Source of the DNA: Naegleria gruberi
Lineage: Eukaryota
Assembly: GCA_000004985.1 (NCBI GenBank)
Contig: GG738903.1
Length of the DNA: 64,000 nucleotides
Direction: 5' to 3' (one strand)
Part shown: one piece after another, positions 50,277-62,431 of the stretch
How the letters are laid out: every line of letters starts with the position of its first letter
How positions within the stretch are numbered: the stretch's first letter is position 1
Notes under the pieces: generated by a model
Told to the model about the DNA's origin: nothing
The model's database searches: none
The model's input: the letters and a program-made list of their open reading frames with translations, nothing else
Made by a program: the position numbers and the translations under genes

Positions 50277-51344
50277 TTAAACTTTATTTTCTGATTCCTT
50301 ATTCGAAAGCTCTGCCTCCTTATCCTTAATATGAACATCAGTCTTAATAGAAAGAGATCTCCTCTTCACAACATTTGCCAACTGCTCACCCAATTCTGAA
50401 ACATCATCCAATGGTCCAAAAGAAAAGTTTACAAAAATACAAAAAAGGAAAATCGAAATTCTATGAGAAGCCAATCCAATCACAAATAAAACAAGAGGAA
50501 TTACAGTAGCCACTCCCATTATTATAATTCCAATGATATTGAGCAGTGCCATTAACACTTGTCCAATGCTTAAAATTATTAACTTTCTGCAACATTTCCT
50601 TTTTTGGTCAGTTATGATACTTTGACAAAGATAGAGTTTTCTGATTAGTGAAATTGAGAGAGAAAGATTAAGCACGCAAAAATATAGGAAGGAAAGTGAA
50701 ATGAGAGCTCCCAAAACTGGATGGAAAATTCCAGTAAATTGGCGAAGTGAGCTACTTTGAGATGGAGTGAGAATATCAACTTTGACAATTATGGAAAATA
50801 TAAAGGCGAAGGGGATGCTTAGTACTAATTGTAAATTAAAGATTGTTACTATGAAATACTTGTAAACTTTACAAAATTTCTAAATATGGAATTTTCTTTT
50901 GAATTTCTCATCCATGTTTGTGATTCATTAAAATATACTCCAAAAAGAACTTTAGTAATAATCGCCTGACAATTCAATAATAATGTCAAGCTCAATAAAT
51001 ATCCAGCAAACTCAAATCCAAGAAAAGTTCCATTCAACTGAGGCGGACCTTTCAAGAATGAAGTTAAATATCCAACCAATCCACAAGTTTGATAAACAAA
51101 CTGATTCAAACATGTAATTATCAACGCTATCGACATGATTCTCTTATTTTTAACCATTCCTTTCCATTGAACTATCAAGAGAATGGTCATGAAAAGAACA
51201 AGAATGAAAAAGAGAAAACTTCCCACAGAATTCAAAGTAATGAGAGATATTACTTGGGCATTGTTAGTGGATGAAACTGTAGAGTTTTCTGTTGTGTTGG
51301 TAATGTTTGATATAATCGTCGAGTTGAATATCATCTTGTTTTTT
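50277..51344 (-). pseudogene. Seven-TM receptor, member 3 of the family, split by a single-base frameshift near 50855
   Basis: N-terminal ORF 50849..51394 (first ATG 51344, MIFNSTIISNITNTT…) ends …NFVKFTSIS*. The +1 frame continues without a gap as …FIVTIFNLQLVLSIPFAFIFSII… into ORF 50277..50714, colinear with paralog 49028..50128 (…LISTIGIVAFFNLLLILSMPYAFISSLL…). There is no room for an intron, so a T-run indel is implied. Confidence 0.55.
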
Positions 51345-51707
51345 TTTATATTTGAGTTTCGTATCTCTTTTGGATTCAATTGACCTATATACAAATATCT
51401 CTAATTGGTTGAATATCAACAACAAGCGTGATCTTTCTTTACATGCAATGATGGAGTTGTTCTGTAATTCTAAATATCTTGTTCGGTCAATTTGTCAACC
51501 TGTCATATTAAATTATCTCTTTAAATCATAAACAATTTAATCTTTTCAAATAGTTTTACATTCGGTATTAAAGTTTTCAATTCTTTCAATTCAACCTTAC
51601 TTTCGGCCACAATCTCAATCGAAGCAAATGTTTTAATTGTCTTGGCCAATTCAATGCCCAACTCTGAAACATTATCCAGAGGTCAATTGGGTGTGATGCC
51701 AATAGAT

Positions 51708-53285
51708 TTACTTGGCTCTTGAATTTCTCAAAGTTGTTAAGAAAATACCAAATGTCTGAAGAAATGATTCTAGTTTGACAGTCAGATTATCTCCATTAAT
51801 AGCTTTCATATCCATGTTTGTCCATAGTGTATATTCATTCCCTTTCCATCTAGAATACTGTTCAAATGATCTCATACTTCGTGTCTTGTAAGTTTTCCAA
51901 ATTTCCAATAGTCCTGAAGTTCCATCTGGAAGAAACAAACTATTTGTCAATCCAAGATCATGATAACCAATAAGAAAATCAGCTTGATGAACTCGTTTCA
52001 CTTGCTCTACAAATGAAAACTTATTGAGATCAATTCGTTCTAAAGTAAAGGTATAACCATACTCTGGATGCTTTTTCAAATTGATTAAAACTTCATCTTC
52101 GTTTGTGATTTTTCCCGAGCTCACAAAAAGTCCTCTAATCATTTCATCTGATGATGAGAAAGAAGGTCTTCTCTTTTCTATTCCTAGAGTGCTTAGAATT
52201 CTATCTGAAAAGGCAGTTACGAGTCTAACTTTGGATTTGCATTGGCTTGGATCAAACTCTGAAAAATCTAACAAATTGGATTTGAGTTGAGTGGCCACTC
52301 CAGCATGTTGAAAGATGGCTCTTTCAAATCGAACTGTTTTTTCCTTGAAATAGGAAGCTTTTCTAGCAGGTCTCTTCAAGGAGAAGGTAGAATTCCACAA
52401 AAAGTCATATGGAGATTCGTAATGTTCATCCAACAATACAATTTGAACATTCTTACTATCCAATTTGAACATTTCAATCATTTGAAAAGTTGCAAAGAAA
52501 TCTGACAAGGCATGAAACAAATTGGCGTGATCATCTTGTTCTCTAGTAACGAAAATAGTCACTCCATCAATGTATTCAACCTTATCCTTCTTTTCCTTAA
52601 AATTTTCTTCCTTAAATGTTTTGAAACTTGAGAAAATTTCCTTTCCAAAGTGTTTTGAAAATTGAGAAAGATCCAAATTCACTGGATTTCTCTTACACTT
52701 GCCAAGAAGAGCTCCTGCCAAGTATGTGTAATAGGTTTTCCTTTTACAATTATAACCAGGTCTGTACTTTAAACATGGCACTCGTTTCAATTTTGAAAAA
52801 TCCATCACCAAATTACTTGATTCACAAACAGTGTGTGGAAATGTATCCGAATCAACATGTTTGTTATTGTTCTTGTAACATGTGAGAGTGGCTTGATTAG
52901 TTTCCATCTCCTTCTTCTTTTCCAAATCAATAAGACCAGAACTTGGAATGACATAATCGTCCTTTTCACACATTTCAATAGCTTGTTGCTTCCATGTTTG
53001 CAAAAGACCACATCCATACTCTCTTTCACACAATTCCTTCTGCTTTTCTTCTTCAGATAGGTTAACACTTGATGGTAGATTGTTCATTGAGATTGGTTTA
53101 GTACATATGAGTGGTGGAATCCTAGAAGGACGAAACTTTTCATCATCTGTTGAAACATCTTTCAAAGATGATGTTTCCTTAGAGTTTGTCGTTTCAATAG
53201 TTACTGAAAATTGCTCTCTCCTAGTTCCCTTCCCAACAGCAGTATTCACCAAACCAATAGTACGAGCATTCTCATGGATATTCAT
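51708..53285 (-). CDS. Glycosyltransferase family 61 (DUF563; EOGT / beta-1,2-xylosyltransferase-like)
   Basis: 525 aa. C-terminal …FVEQVKRVHQADFLIGYHDLGLTNSLFLPDGTSGLLEIW matches the GT61 signature (…A.V..G.HGAGLTN..F…GA.L.EI). Also …IFVTREQDDHANLFHALSDFF…. No N-terminal TM or signal anchor seen, so a 5' exon may be missing. Confidence 0.55.
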   Translation of the reverse strand: MNIHENARTIGLVNTAVGKGTRREQFSVTIETTNSKETSSLKDVSTDDEKFRPSRIPPLICTKPISMNNLPSSVNLSEEEKQKELCEREYGCGLLQTWKQQAIEMCEKDDYVIPSSGLIDLEKKKEMETNQATLTCYKNNNKHVDSDTFPHTVCESSNLVMDFSKLKRVPCLKYRPGYNCKRKTYYTYLAGALLGKCKRNPVNLDLSQFSKHFGKEIFSSFKTFKEENFKEKKDKVEYIDGVTIFVTREQDDHANLFHALSDFFATFQMIEMFKLDSKNVQIVLLDEHYESPYDFLWNSTFSLKRPARKASYFKEKTVRFERAIFQHAGVATQLKSNLLDFSEFDPSQCKSKVRLVTAFSDRILSTLGIEKRRPSFSSSDEMIRGLFVSSGKITNEDEVLINLKKHPEYGYTFTLERIDLNKFSFVEQVKRVHQADFLIGYHDLGLTNSLFLPDGTSGLLEIWKTYKTRSMRSFEQYSRWKGNEYTLWTNMDMKAINGDNLTVKLESFLQTFGIFLTTLRNSRAK

Positions 53286-53809
53286 GGATGGAAGTTCTTC
53301 ATGTTGTTCTTCTTGAAGAGTAGTAGTAGTAAGTAAATCCCCTCTACTCTACTCCATATATTATCCTCCGCACTAGAATCCACGAAAATATAATAAACAC
53401 CAAGCATATAACAAGATAAACCTTAATCAATCGTTTGATCTTGACTAAATTAAACAAACTCTTATTCATGATTGCTGCTAATTACACTAATATAACAAGT
53501 TACTCCTTCTTAATGTACAATGTGTGAGATTTAGCAATGAAATGCTCGCTTAGATGTTGTTGATTTTTTTTTCATTGAGTAAAATAATCAACGCTCTCTC
53601 ACGCTTAATTTGGCAACTGGTTGAATGACCCTAAAAGAATCTTTTTACCGACCCTTAGTTACTTGCTGAGAACATTGTTCGTGGAGCTGAGATTGGCGAG
53701 TATTAAGGCGCAACAACATTCATGTGGAAAGCTGATTGTGAGATTGCCAGTCAATGAGTTTTAAAGAGTGATGGTCCTGTTCTGGGTGTTGTTGATTGTT
53801 GTTGGGTTA

Positions 53810-55207
53810 TTAATCATTGAGAGGAATATCAACAAAGATATCTTCATATTGTATATTATCGATTTTCGTCGTAGTAGTTTGATGATGATCAGTAGCAGTA
53901 CTCATAGTGGTATTACTGTCATTACTTTTCTTACTGTCATTACAATTGGTTGGAGCACGCAACTGATCAGTTGCAATCGCCTCCTGAGGCCCAAAGGAGC
54001 TAGTAATGTTGAAGGGTGAGTAAATGGGCTGCTTGTTTGTTGCTGTATACTTGATCATCATCATGGAAGATATTTCGCTGGCTTTTCTAAATGCCTTTGA
54101 ATCAATATTGAAAGAGTTTGAAGTTTTTTGATTGGTGAGTTGAATTTCACTGGTTTGACATGAGGATTGAGTATTATCCCCATGTGGCTTCTTCTTACCT
54201 TCCAATTTTAATTCATAATGAAAGTAATCCATAGGTCCAAAACTGAAACTCACACAAATGGCAAATAACAGAAACACAAATCTATGAATGACACCAGTCA
54301 ATATGAACAAGTATGGATACCATATACCAATAGCTCCCAAAATAATTGAGATTGAATTAATAATTGCCATGTAGAATTGACCAAATGTTAAGAGTACCAA
54401 CTTTTTACATGCATTTCTGCGAGGGATTGGGACTGGCCTGTTTTGGAGAAGGTATCTTGAGAGTAGAAGAACCAAAGTTAAATTTAACACTCCTGTAATG
54501 ATGGCACATCCAGAGTTTACAAGACCAACAATGGCCACAGAAATAATTGACCAAATGCCAAGAATACTTCCAACTCGTGTATTTCCTCCATCCATATAAT
54601 ATACCATTGAACAGATCAGAGTGAATGGAACGAGAATAATGAATGCAATAGTCCAAATTAATGTCATTCCAATTGTGTAATATTTTGTAAATATTCTAAA
54701 CTTTTCATTGAATGAATAGCTTTCTGCTCCCTTCCTCATCCATGAATGAGATTGATGAAAGTAAATTCCATACAATACTTTTGAAACCATTGCTTGAAAA
54801 TAGGTACACATTACAACAGTTGACACGAGTCCACAATAATAAATAACGAAAAATAATTGACTCAAAAATTCCTGAATATGAGTCAGTGCTCCAACATCGT
54901 GAGCTATTCCAACTCCCTGTGAGAGAATTTGCAAGATGGCTGTAAATATTAAGGAAATGTAAAAGAATCTCTTGAAGGGAATCATTTCCTTCCATCGTTT
55001 GATGAGGAGAGTGGTCATTATAATGGTCAGTATCAGATAACTCAGTATTCCAATTCCATGAGTAGTAACAGAAATGTAGTATCGTTCTATTGCAGAAGTA
55101 AAAGTTGATGATGAAATATTGTATTGATGGAAAACTATTCCTGGATTCAATGAGCCATGCTGATGCTGGTCAACAATAGAAACAGTCATCTCACGATTAT
55201 TATTCAT
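53810..55207 (-). CDS. Seven-TM receptor, member 4 of the family (most divergent, longer C-terminal tail)
   Basis: 465 aa, true ATG. Motifs VLYGIYFHQSHSWMRKG, LTFGQFYMAIINSIS and FSFGPMDYFHYE. Ser/Thr/His-rich tail. Confidence 0.65.
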   Translation of the reverse strand: MNNNREMTVSIVDQHQHGSLNPGIVFHQYNISSSTFTSAIERYYISVTTHGIGILSYLILTIIMTTLLIKRWKEMIPFKRFFYISLIFTAILQILSQGVGIAHDVGALTHIQEFLSQLFFVIYYCGLVSTVVMCTYFQAMVSKVLYGIYFHQSHSWMRKGAESYSFNEKFRIFTKYYTIGMTLIWTIAFIILVPFTLICSMVYYMDGGNTRVGSILGIWSIISVAIVGLVNSGCAIITGVLNLTLVLLLSRYLLQNRPVPIPRRNACKKLVLLTFGQFYMAIINSISIILGAIGIWYPYLFILTGVIHRFVFLLFAICVSFSFGPMDYFHYELKLEGKKKPHGDNTQSSCQTSEIQLTNQKTSNSFNIDSKAFRKASEISSMMMIKYTATNKQPIYSPFNITSSFGPQEAIATDQLRAPTNCNDSKKSNDSNTTMSTATDHHQTTTTKIDNIQYEDIFVDIPLND

Positions 55208-55349
55208 AGATATTTGTCAATGAGGTATTTGTTTTGAATAGTATTATCTCTCCGCTCTCAATGATATGCAACAAATCTTACAAGACAGGCATTGATGTGT
55301 AGTAACTTAATCTTACAATAGAAATTCGAAAGGGTGACCTTACCTTTAT

Positions 55350-57205
55350 TTAATCACTGAAAGAACCTTCTTCATCAGAAATGGTAGCTTCTTGATTTTC
55401 TTCATTTTGAGATGTTGGTGATTGAGCATCTGAGTTATCCTCACGAATGATATCGTTCCATGTATGTTCCTCCTCTTCTTCACTTGAAGAGTCAACACTG
55501 CTCAATTCCATTCCATCATCAACATAATCCTCATCATTACGATCATTCTCCTCTGTCATTTCCTCATCCGAATCCATTCCCATTTCTCGCATTAATATTC
55601 TTCTCTGAATGTCAGCCAAAAATTGATTAGCTGTTTCAATTCTATTTCTCAATGAAGTCAGTTTCTCAACGAGTCCTGACATTTTCTCTTCATCAGTGTA
55701 GGTCATTTCAGAATCATATAAATGATGGGCGAAACTTTCTGAATCATCGAAATATCTACTAATATCATCAAGTGATTTGGAAATATCATATCGAAAAGGT
55801 TCACTTCCAAAATTACATTTTGCTTTCATATTCTTCCAAAATCCAAGTCCAAAACGCATATCTTCTTTGAGAGTATGGAGAATAACTGGAGAGGTTAAAA
55901 AGGTGCCATTCAATGTAAAGAATACAGCCTTGTGATGTGAAGAAAATCCACATCCCAACACATCTCCAACAATAATTTCCTTTCCATCAGTGTTAACTTT
56001 GAATTTCGAGCTTCCTTCCTCAAGGAAAAATCCTGCATCATCAGTGTGAAAACCTGTTGATAAATCATCCCACCCAACTTGTCTATTTCCCAAATATCTG
56101 TTATGCATAATACCAATAGAGTTTCTACCATCCTTTACCTTCTTCTTGGTGGCCATCATCTTCTTCCAGAATGAATTTCCAGAACTAGATGAAGTACTAG
56201 ACAAGGGAGTAATCGGAGTTACTGGTTCAGGTTTCTCCAAGACAAAAGTTTCAACTTCGAAATAATAGATAGGAACTAAATACTCGAGAAGATAATTTGA
56301 TGAAAGTTGTTTTTCTATTGTTGTTGTTGTTGAAGAGGATGATGATACCAATGTTGATATTGATGTTGTTAGTGGAGCAACTTGTATTGGTTCTACCAAT
56401 GTTGTTGTTGATGAAGAAGCTTGAGGTTGAGCATCCACTTCAGTTGAAGAAATCTTCTTCTTTGGTGGCTTGTAAGGTAGATTAGGAATACGTTTGTCTG
56501 TTCTCAAGTTAATATCATAGGAAAAGGCACGAAACGTATCAGAATTTCCCTTACTATAGATTAACAAGTTTGTATCTTTGGAATCCCTAGATATGAGATC
56601 TCTCAAATGAAATTCTCTATCGGTATCCTCGGAAGGAGTGATAAATGTTGTTGGGAAGTAATCGGGAATTATGTACAATAATCTTTTCAAAATATATACA
56701 TCATCAGATAATAGCAATGACAATGATGAATCATCAGTAGGGAATGGTGATGACTTTTCATGAGGTCCATCATCCTCTTCTTCTTCACTGCTCATTATTT
56801 GGCTCTGTTTTTCACTCTTCAATTTACACAAATATTTACAATTATTTACATAGGATGACAGAACGGAAGAATGTAATTTGCTTTCCTTCAGGACAATATC
56901 ATACCAAATTGATGTCTTGTTGCTCATGTTTTTCCATTTGTTACAAACAAGCGGAATGGTCATGATTGCTTCTCTATATTCTACAAAGGGTAAAACGCAA
57001 TGCTCAATTACATCATCCGTAATTAATCCAAAACTTCCATCATATTTGATGAGAGAAGATTCATCATTGTTATTATTATTATTATCATTTTGTTGTTGGA
57101 GAGTGGTTAATGATGCTACTCCGGTCGTGATGTTGTTAATTTGTTGGTCATCATGAAATGATGAAAGCTTAACGGACGGTTTGTCCCATTGTAGCTCATC
57201 TTCCA
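55350..57205 (-). CDS. F-box / SPRY-domain protein (FBXO45/Fsn-like architecture) with a Ser/Thr-rich linker and acidic C-terminus
   Basis: F-box-like DVIEHCVLPFVEYREAIMTIPLVCNKWKNM. SPRY/B30.2 core …WDDLSTGFHTDDAGFFLEEGSSKFKVNTDGKEIIVGDVLGCGFSSHHKAVFFTLNGTFL…FGLGFWKNMKAKCNFGSEPFRYD. First ATG (MEDELQWDKP) at 57205; the track start at 57287 was not checked and may be a non-ATG codon. Confidence 0.6.
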
Positions 57206-57499
57206 TTTTTTTACTTTTTGATTTTTTATTAAAAATTAATTTTATTTTCAATTTAATTTGAGATTTCGTTTTTTGTTTTGTGATCATCCTAAACTTTGCT
57301 AATTATTGAACAATTTCAATAACAAATCCTTTCAAAAAATAGTGAATTATCATAATAGACTTAGCATTGTATACATTAGTAACTTTAGAAAACTGGTCTT
57401 TTCATCAAAATTTACGAAAATCTCTTAAATTGTCCATCAATCCAAAAAATCTCTATTTCCCATCAACAGTCAGCAAAAAATTAAATCCATCAAAAAAAA

Positions 57500-60400
57500 A
57501 TGCTTGGAAAGCTAACGAAGAAGGTAACGCCGGTGAAGTTTGCCTTCAATTTCTCTATCGACTACTTGTTCGTTGAGACTATGGGTAACAATACAGTGAT
57601 TCTTGATGATAATTTGTATTCGGTAGGTTTCGAATATAACAGTTTCTAATTGCTTGACTTGTCCGAATCGAAATTCCTTGTTAACAACTGTTGTTATTAT
57701 TGGATTCATATCTCTTTCCATCATCATCATCACCCATTAAAATATGATTGACATATGACTTTCGAATAGATTCAATGGAAAAGAGGTAGAAAACGAAAGG
57801 GTGAAACAGAATTTGTTCATCCACCACCAGGTTCCAAACACACAACCAAAATTAAAGTCATTTACAATCGTGCCTTTAGATTTGGTGGAACACTTTACAA
57901 AAATGAAAAGAAGAATGAATGGCAAAAGAAAGATTTAGTAATTAGTATTGAAGAAGTTGTTGCTGGAAAGGATATTGAACTTGCCAAACAGTATAATCAA
58001 TATTTGCAACAATTGCAACATGGTATGTTCTCAGATTCATTGTTAAGATTGTTAATATTTTAATGTTCCTTTCAATATTTAAATGTTTACAAAAAAAAAT
58101 TAATGAAAAATTTGTTAATGTGGAAAATAGAAAAGGAAAAGGGTTCTAAAAAGAAGGAAGAACCAAAAAAGCCAAATTTTGAAGTGAAAACACTTGCGAA
58201 GCATTCGTTGGATTTGACTGAATTTGTAAACGAAACTCAAGAAACCACAACCACTCGAGAATTACTTCTCACTCCAGAAAATAAGAAATTCAATTCAGGA
58301 CTCAAAATTCTTGTCAAACTCGTGATGAATTGTAAATGTTTGAAAGATGTTCAGGATGATGAAGATTTTGAAAATGTCAGTACATTTTCTGGAACTTATC
58401 GTGAAGGAGAATTGGACGATGATGAGAAATCTGAAGATGAGGATGATTTGGCAGAAGCTGAAAAGACATTTGAAAGTACCATGATTAAGAATAGTAGTTT
58501 ATATTACAATAGTGTTTATGGAAATAATTCAAATTCAACCACCGCTAGTAGCACAACTCAAGCACCACCAACAAGTGGTGCTACCACCTCAACTGTTCAG
58601 AATGTAGTCTCCCAGAGTAGTACTATCAGTAGCAGTAGCAATTCTTCAGCAAGTCAACATGAGACTCCAAGTAGAGAAATGCAAGAAAAGTTGCACTTCC
58701 TCCAAATTGAAAATGAACAATTGAAACAAAATCTGGAAACTTCACAAGAGGCTGCTCAACAAGCAGAATCAAAATTATTTGAAATTCAACTCAAAATGCA
58801 AATGGTTCAATCAAAGGCCGATAAGGAAATCAAAGCAGTTGAAGATAAGATTAAAGAGATTGAAAAGGAAAATGAAGACCATGAAAAGCAGTTGAATTTC
58901 AAACACCAAGATCAAGTCAAACGTTTGGAAAGTGACATTGAAAAGATCAAGAGTGATTTGAGTAAGAAGAATTTGGATCTCCAAAATGATAAGGAAAAAA
59001 CTGAAAAGAATTTGAAAAATGAAATTGAAAGATTGAATCTTGAACTCAAACAATCTAATGAGAGATTCTCTTCAAACTTGAACTCTTCTCAATCCTCTCA
59101 TCAACAAGAAATTCAACGTTTGCAAGGAGAAATTTCCGAATTGAACAAAAAGAAGGACTCTGAAGTGAAAGAACTCCAAAAGCAACTCTCAGAAGTTACT
59201 GCTCTCAAAAAGTCAATTGAAAACAAAAAGTTGGAATTGGAAAATTCTCTCAGTGACATGACTAAAAAGTTCCTCCAAGTTGAGAAGGAAAATAAGGAAA
59301 AGCAACAAGAGCTTTTCAATGCTTCTCAACAATTACAAAAGGAAATTAAGGAAAGAGAGACAATTACTGACAAACTTCAAAATGAAAACAAGCTTCTCAA
59401 TATTGAAATTCAAGAACTCAAGGTGAAACAATCCGAAAATGAAAAGAAGGGAAGTTTGGCCACTTCTGAAAATTCTAAACTTGTCGAAACTTTAAAGAAT
59501 GAAAGAGAAACTCTCAATAATCAACTCACTAAACTTGAGCAAACTCACAAGCAATTAGAAATGGACAAGTCAAATCTCTCCTTCCAAATCACAACTCTTG
59601 AACAAGCATCTCAAGATAAGGAAAAGCAAATTTCCCAACTCAAGCAAGATTTGGAAAAGATCAAACAAGAATCTTCACAACAAATTCAAACAGCTAACAC
59701 CAAGATTGATCATTTGGAAATCGATCTTAATAACCTAAAGGAAAAGGAATCTAAGTTAGAAAAGTCTGTATCCGAACAGACTTTACAAATCAACCAACTC
59801 AAACAAATTGTCACTGAGAAGGAACAATCGCTCCAAGAAAAGGATCAAGAAATTAGAAAGAATGAAAGTCAAATTTCCAATTTGAATCAAGAAATTGATG
59901 ATCTCAATTCCAAGATTAAATCTCTTGAGGAGAAACTTTCTGAAACTGAAAATTCTCTCAGAAAGGAATCTGAAAAGCTCAAATCGACTTCATCAGAATT
60001 GACAGCAAGTTTGATTTCTATCAAGAATCTTGAATCTGAAGTTGAGGAAAAGGAAGACAAGATTACTGAACTTGAAAACCAAATCAGACAATTAGAATCC
60101 AGTTCATCCAATGTTGGAAAGGAAAGTGCTGAAAAGATTAATGAAAGAAATGAGAGAATTCTCGACTTGCAAAATGAGCTTTCAAAGCTCAAGTCACAAA
60201 AGAAAAAGTCTGACAAAAAGATTGAAGAACTTGAAGAGCAAAGCAAATCCTTGCAAGATGAAAATGTTGAATTAACTGATCTTATTGAAAAATGTTCCAA
60301 GCGTATGGATGATAAGGAAAAACAAGTCAAGAAATTGGAAGAATCTCACAAGAAGGCAATCGAAAGTGTCGAACAAAAATGTGCTCAAGAGAAGGTCCTC

Positions 60401-62356
60401 GTAGAACGTGAGGTTGAAAAGGTCAAGATTGATCTATTGGCAGTTCAATATGCTACTCTAGAGCAATTCATTTTGGATAGAACTGTTTTGAATAGTGTCA
60501 CCAATGACTTCCTTCCTTTGGAAAATCTTTCCAAGATTTACTTTAAGAACATCATGGTAAAGGACTTTTTATCTGATACCTATCCAACACCAGCCAAGAT
60601 TCTCCTCAAGTGCATTCTTCAATGGAATCCAGACGAAGTCAAGAGTGCCACCGTCGATTCAAAGATTATTCTCGGCACTACTTTCTGCACCAATCTCAAT
60701 ATTGCTCTGAAATATCTCGTTGAAAAATTCAAGACCACTAGACACAAGGTCAATATCTATGCAGCTGGTGCAAGCGAATCTGGAGAAATTGAAAACTCTA
60801 CCAGTCTCATTCTCTTCTGGATTCATACCTTGTACAGATTATTGCACGATTTGGAGCTCAAGAAGAAGGATCTCAAATTACCAACTACATTCTCTGAAGT
60901 TATTGCCAAGAGCTTTAAATTGGATGCAGCTCTCTTGTGTGGCGATGAAACTCAAGTTCCTAAATTTGCCACTCCTCCATACTTTGTCAAGTATAATGAA
61001 ATGGAGAAAGTGGATGAGACTTTTACTGTCAAGAGTCTTCAACAATTGGTTGGTAGCATTTCAGAAATTATGGCACAAATGTACACTGAACTATTTAGAC
61101 ACATTGCTGTGAGATTGAGACCTTTCCTCATCAAGGCCATTTTCAATACCAAATTGACCAGTTCTAAATCAACTGATGGTGGTTTGGAAACAAGACAACT
61201 TCATGCCTTCTTAAACAGGGTATTCGATTTATTCAAACAATTACGTATCGAACCAAGAATTACTCAACACTTTTTCGAAAACTTGGCCAAACTCTCTGAT
61301 GCTCTAATTTTCAATCATTTCATTTATAAGGAACAAATTGGAGCTGCCATTGCATTACCTGTCAAGATGGGTCTCGTATTTACTGAAAATTGGTTCAATT
61401 CAAAGAATATTACAGAAACAACCGATCAAGGCACACAATCAATTGCCCTTCATTTGTCTAGAGAGGTCAGTGATGTGTGTATCCTTGCCCAGAGACAAGT
61501 TCTCACTGATGAATCTATGAAAAATATGGTTTGCCCACATCTGAATAAGGCACAATTGACTCACATTTTTGCAAACATTCATGATGAGGAATTCAAAACA
61601 TCACCACCAACCAATGAAGGAAATGTCAGCTCTAGAGTTACTTCACCAAAATCCAATTACACTGCCAGTGATTCTAATCTCTTCCATCAGGATTCTACTT
61701 CCTCTGTTGGTCAATTATTGACACCTAAACGTCCAACTCTTCAATCATCTCTTTCTTCATCAAATGTCAGCACTCCTCCACAAGGATCTCTCTCTGCCAG
61801 AAGAAAATCAGTTCGTGGCTCAATTCCTAATCTTGCCGATCTTGAAGGTAAATCCAATGATCAAATTACAGCCAATCCAGAAATTCAACTCTTCCAATAC
61901 ACAGACAGAGAAAGCTACGGAACTGATCCAACTCTATTCTATGGCTCATTGACTCCACTTGCAGGAATGCTTTCTAGATCTTCATCTCTATCTAAAGGAT
62001 TGGACAAGGATTCACCACGTGTTAAATTGAATAAGGACATTGAAAGTACTCAAATTCAAAAGGAAAATAACTTTTCAATTGTGGATGGAAAATTCCTATT
62101 CTATTTTTCAAGTTTACCAAATGTTGAAGGATCCAAATTGATTATTGAAGAGTGGCTCTTCTCAGTTATTTCAAATTATGGAGGAAAACGTGAGAATGGC
62201 GTTGAAGGTATTGTAAAGGTTACAAAGGAAAGAATCTTTAGTTCAGTTCTTAATGTTTTTGCAAATTCACCTGAACAACCTCCTCAATCCAGTCGTAAAT
62301 CAAAGAAACCAACCTTCTCAATGGAAGACGAACTTGCCTTCCTATTCGATATTTAA
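57500..62356 (+). CDS. Coiled-coil protein (~600-aa heptad region) with a C-terminal DIL (dilute / myosin-V cargo-binding-like) domain; probably three exons: 57500..57622, 57770..58022, 58131..62356
   Basis: The 1417-aa ORF holds a long KEIEKLQ-type coiled coil, then …LHAFLNRVFDLFKQLRIEPRITQHFFENLAKLSDALIFNHFIYKEQIGAAIALPVKMGLVFTENWF… (DIL-like), then a Ser/Thr tail. An upstream exon (57770..58022, 84 codons, no ATG, preceded by an AATAG acceptor with an in-frame stop) ends …QLQH G|GTATGT. A 108-nt intron ends at ATAG (58130) in phase with the big ORF. A candidate first exon starts at ATG 57500 (MLGKLTKKVTPVKFAFNFSIDYLFVETMGNNTVILDDNLYS|GTAGGT). Confidence 0.55.
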
Positions 62357-62431
62357 ATATTTAAATAAAAATTGTAAAAATTTTTGTAAAATATTTAAAA
62401 AAAATTGCAGAAAAAAATGTTTCGACTCGTA

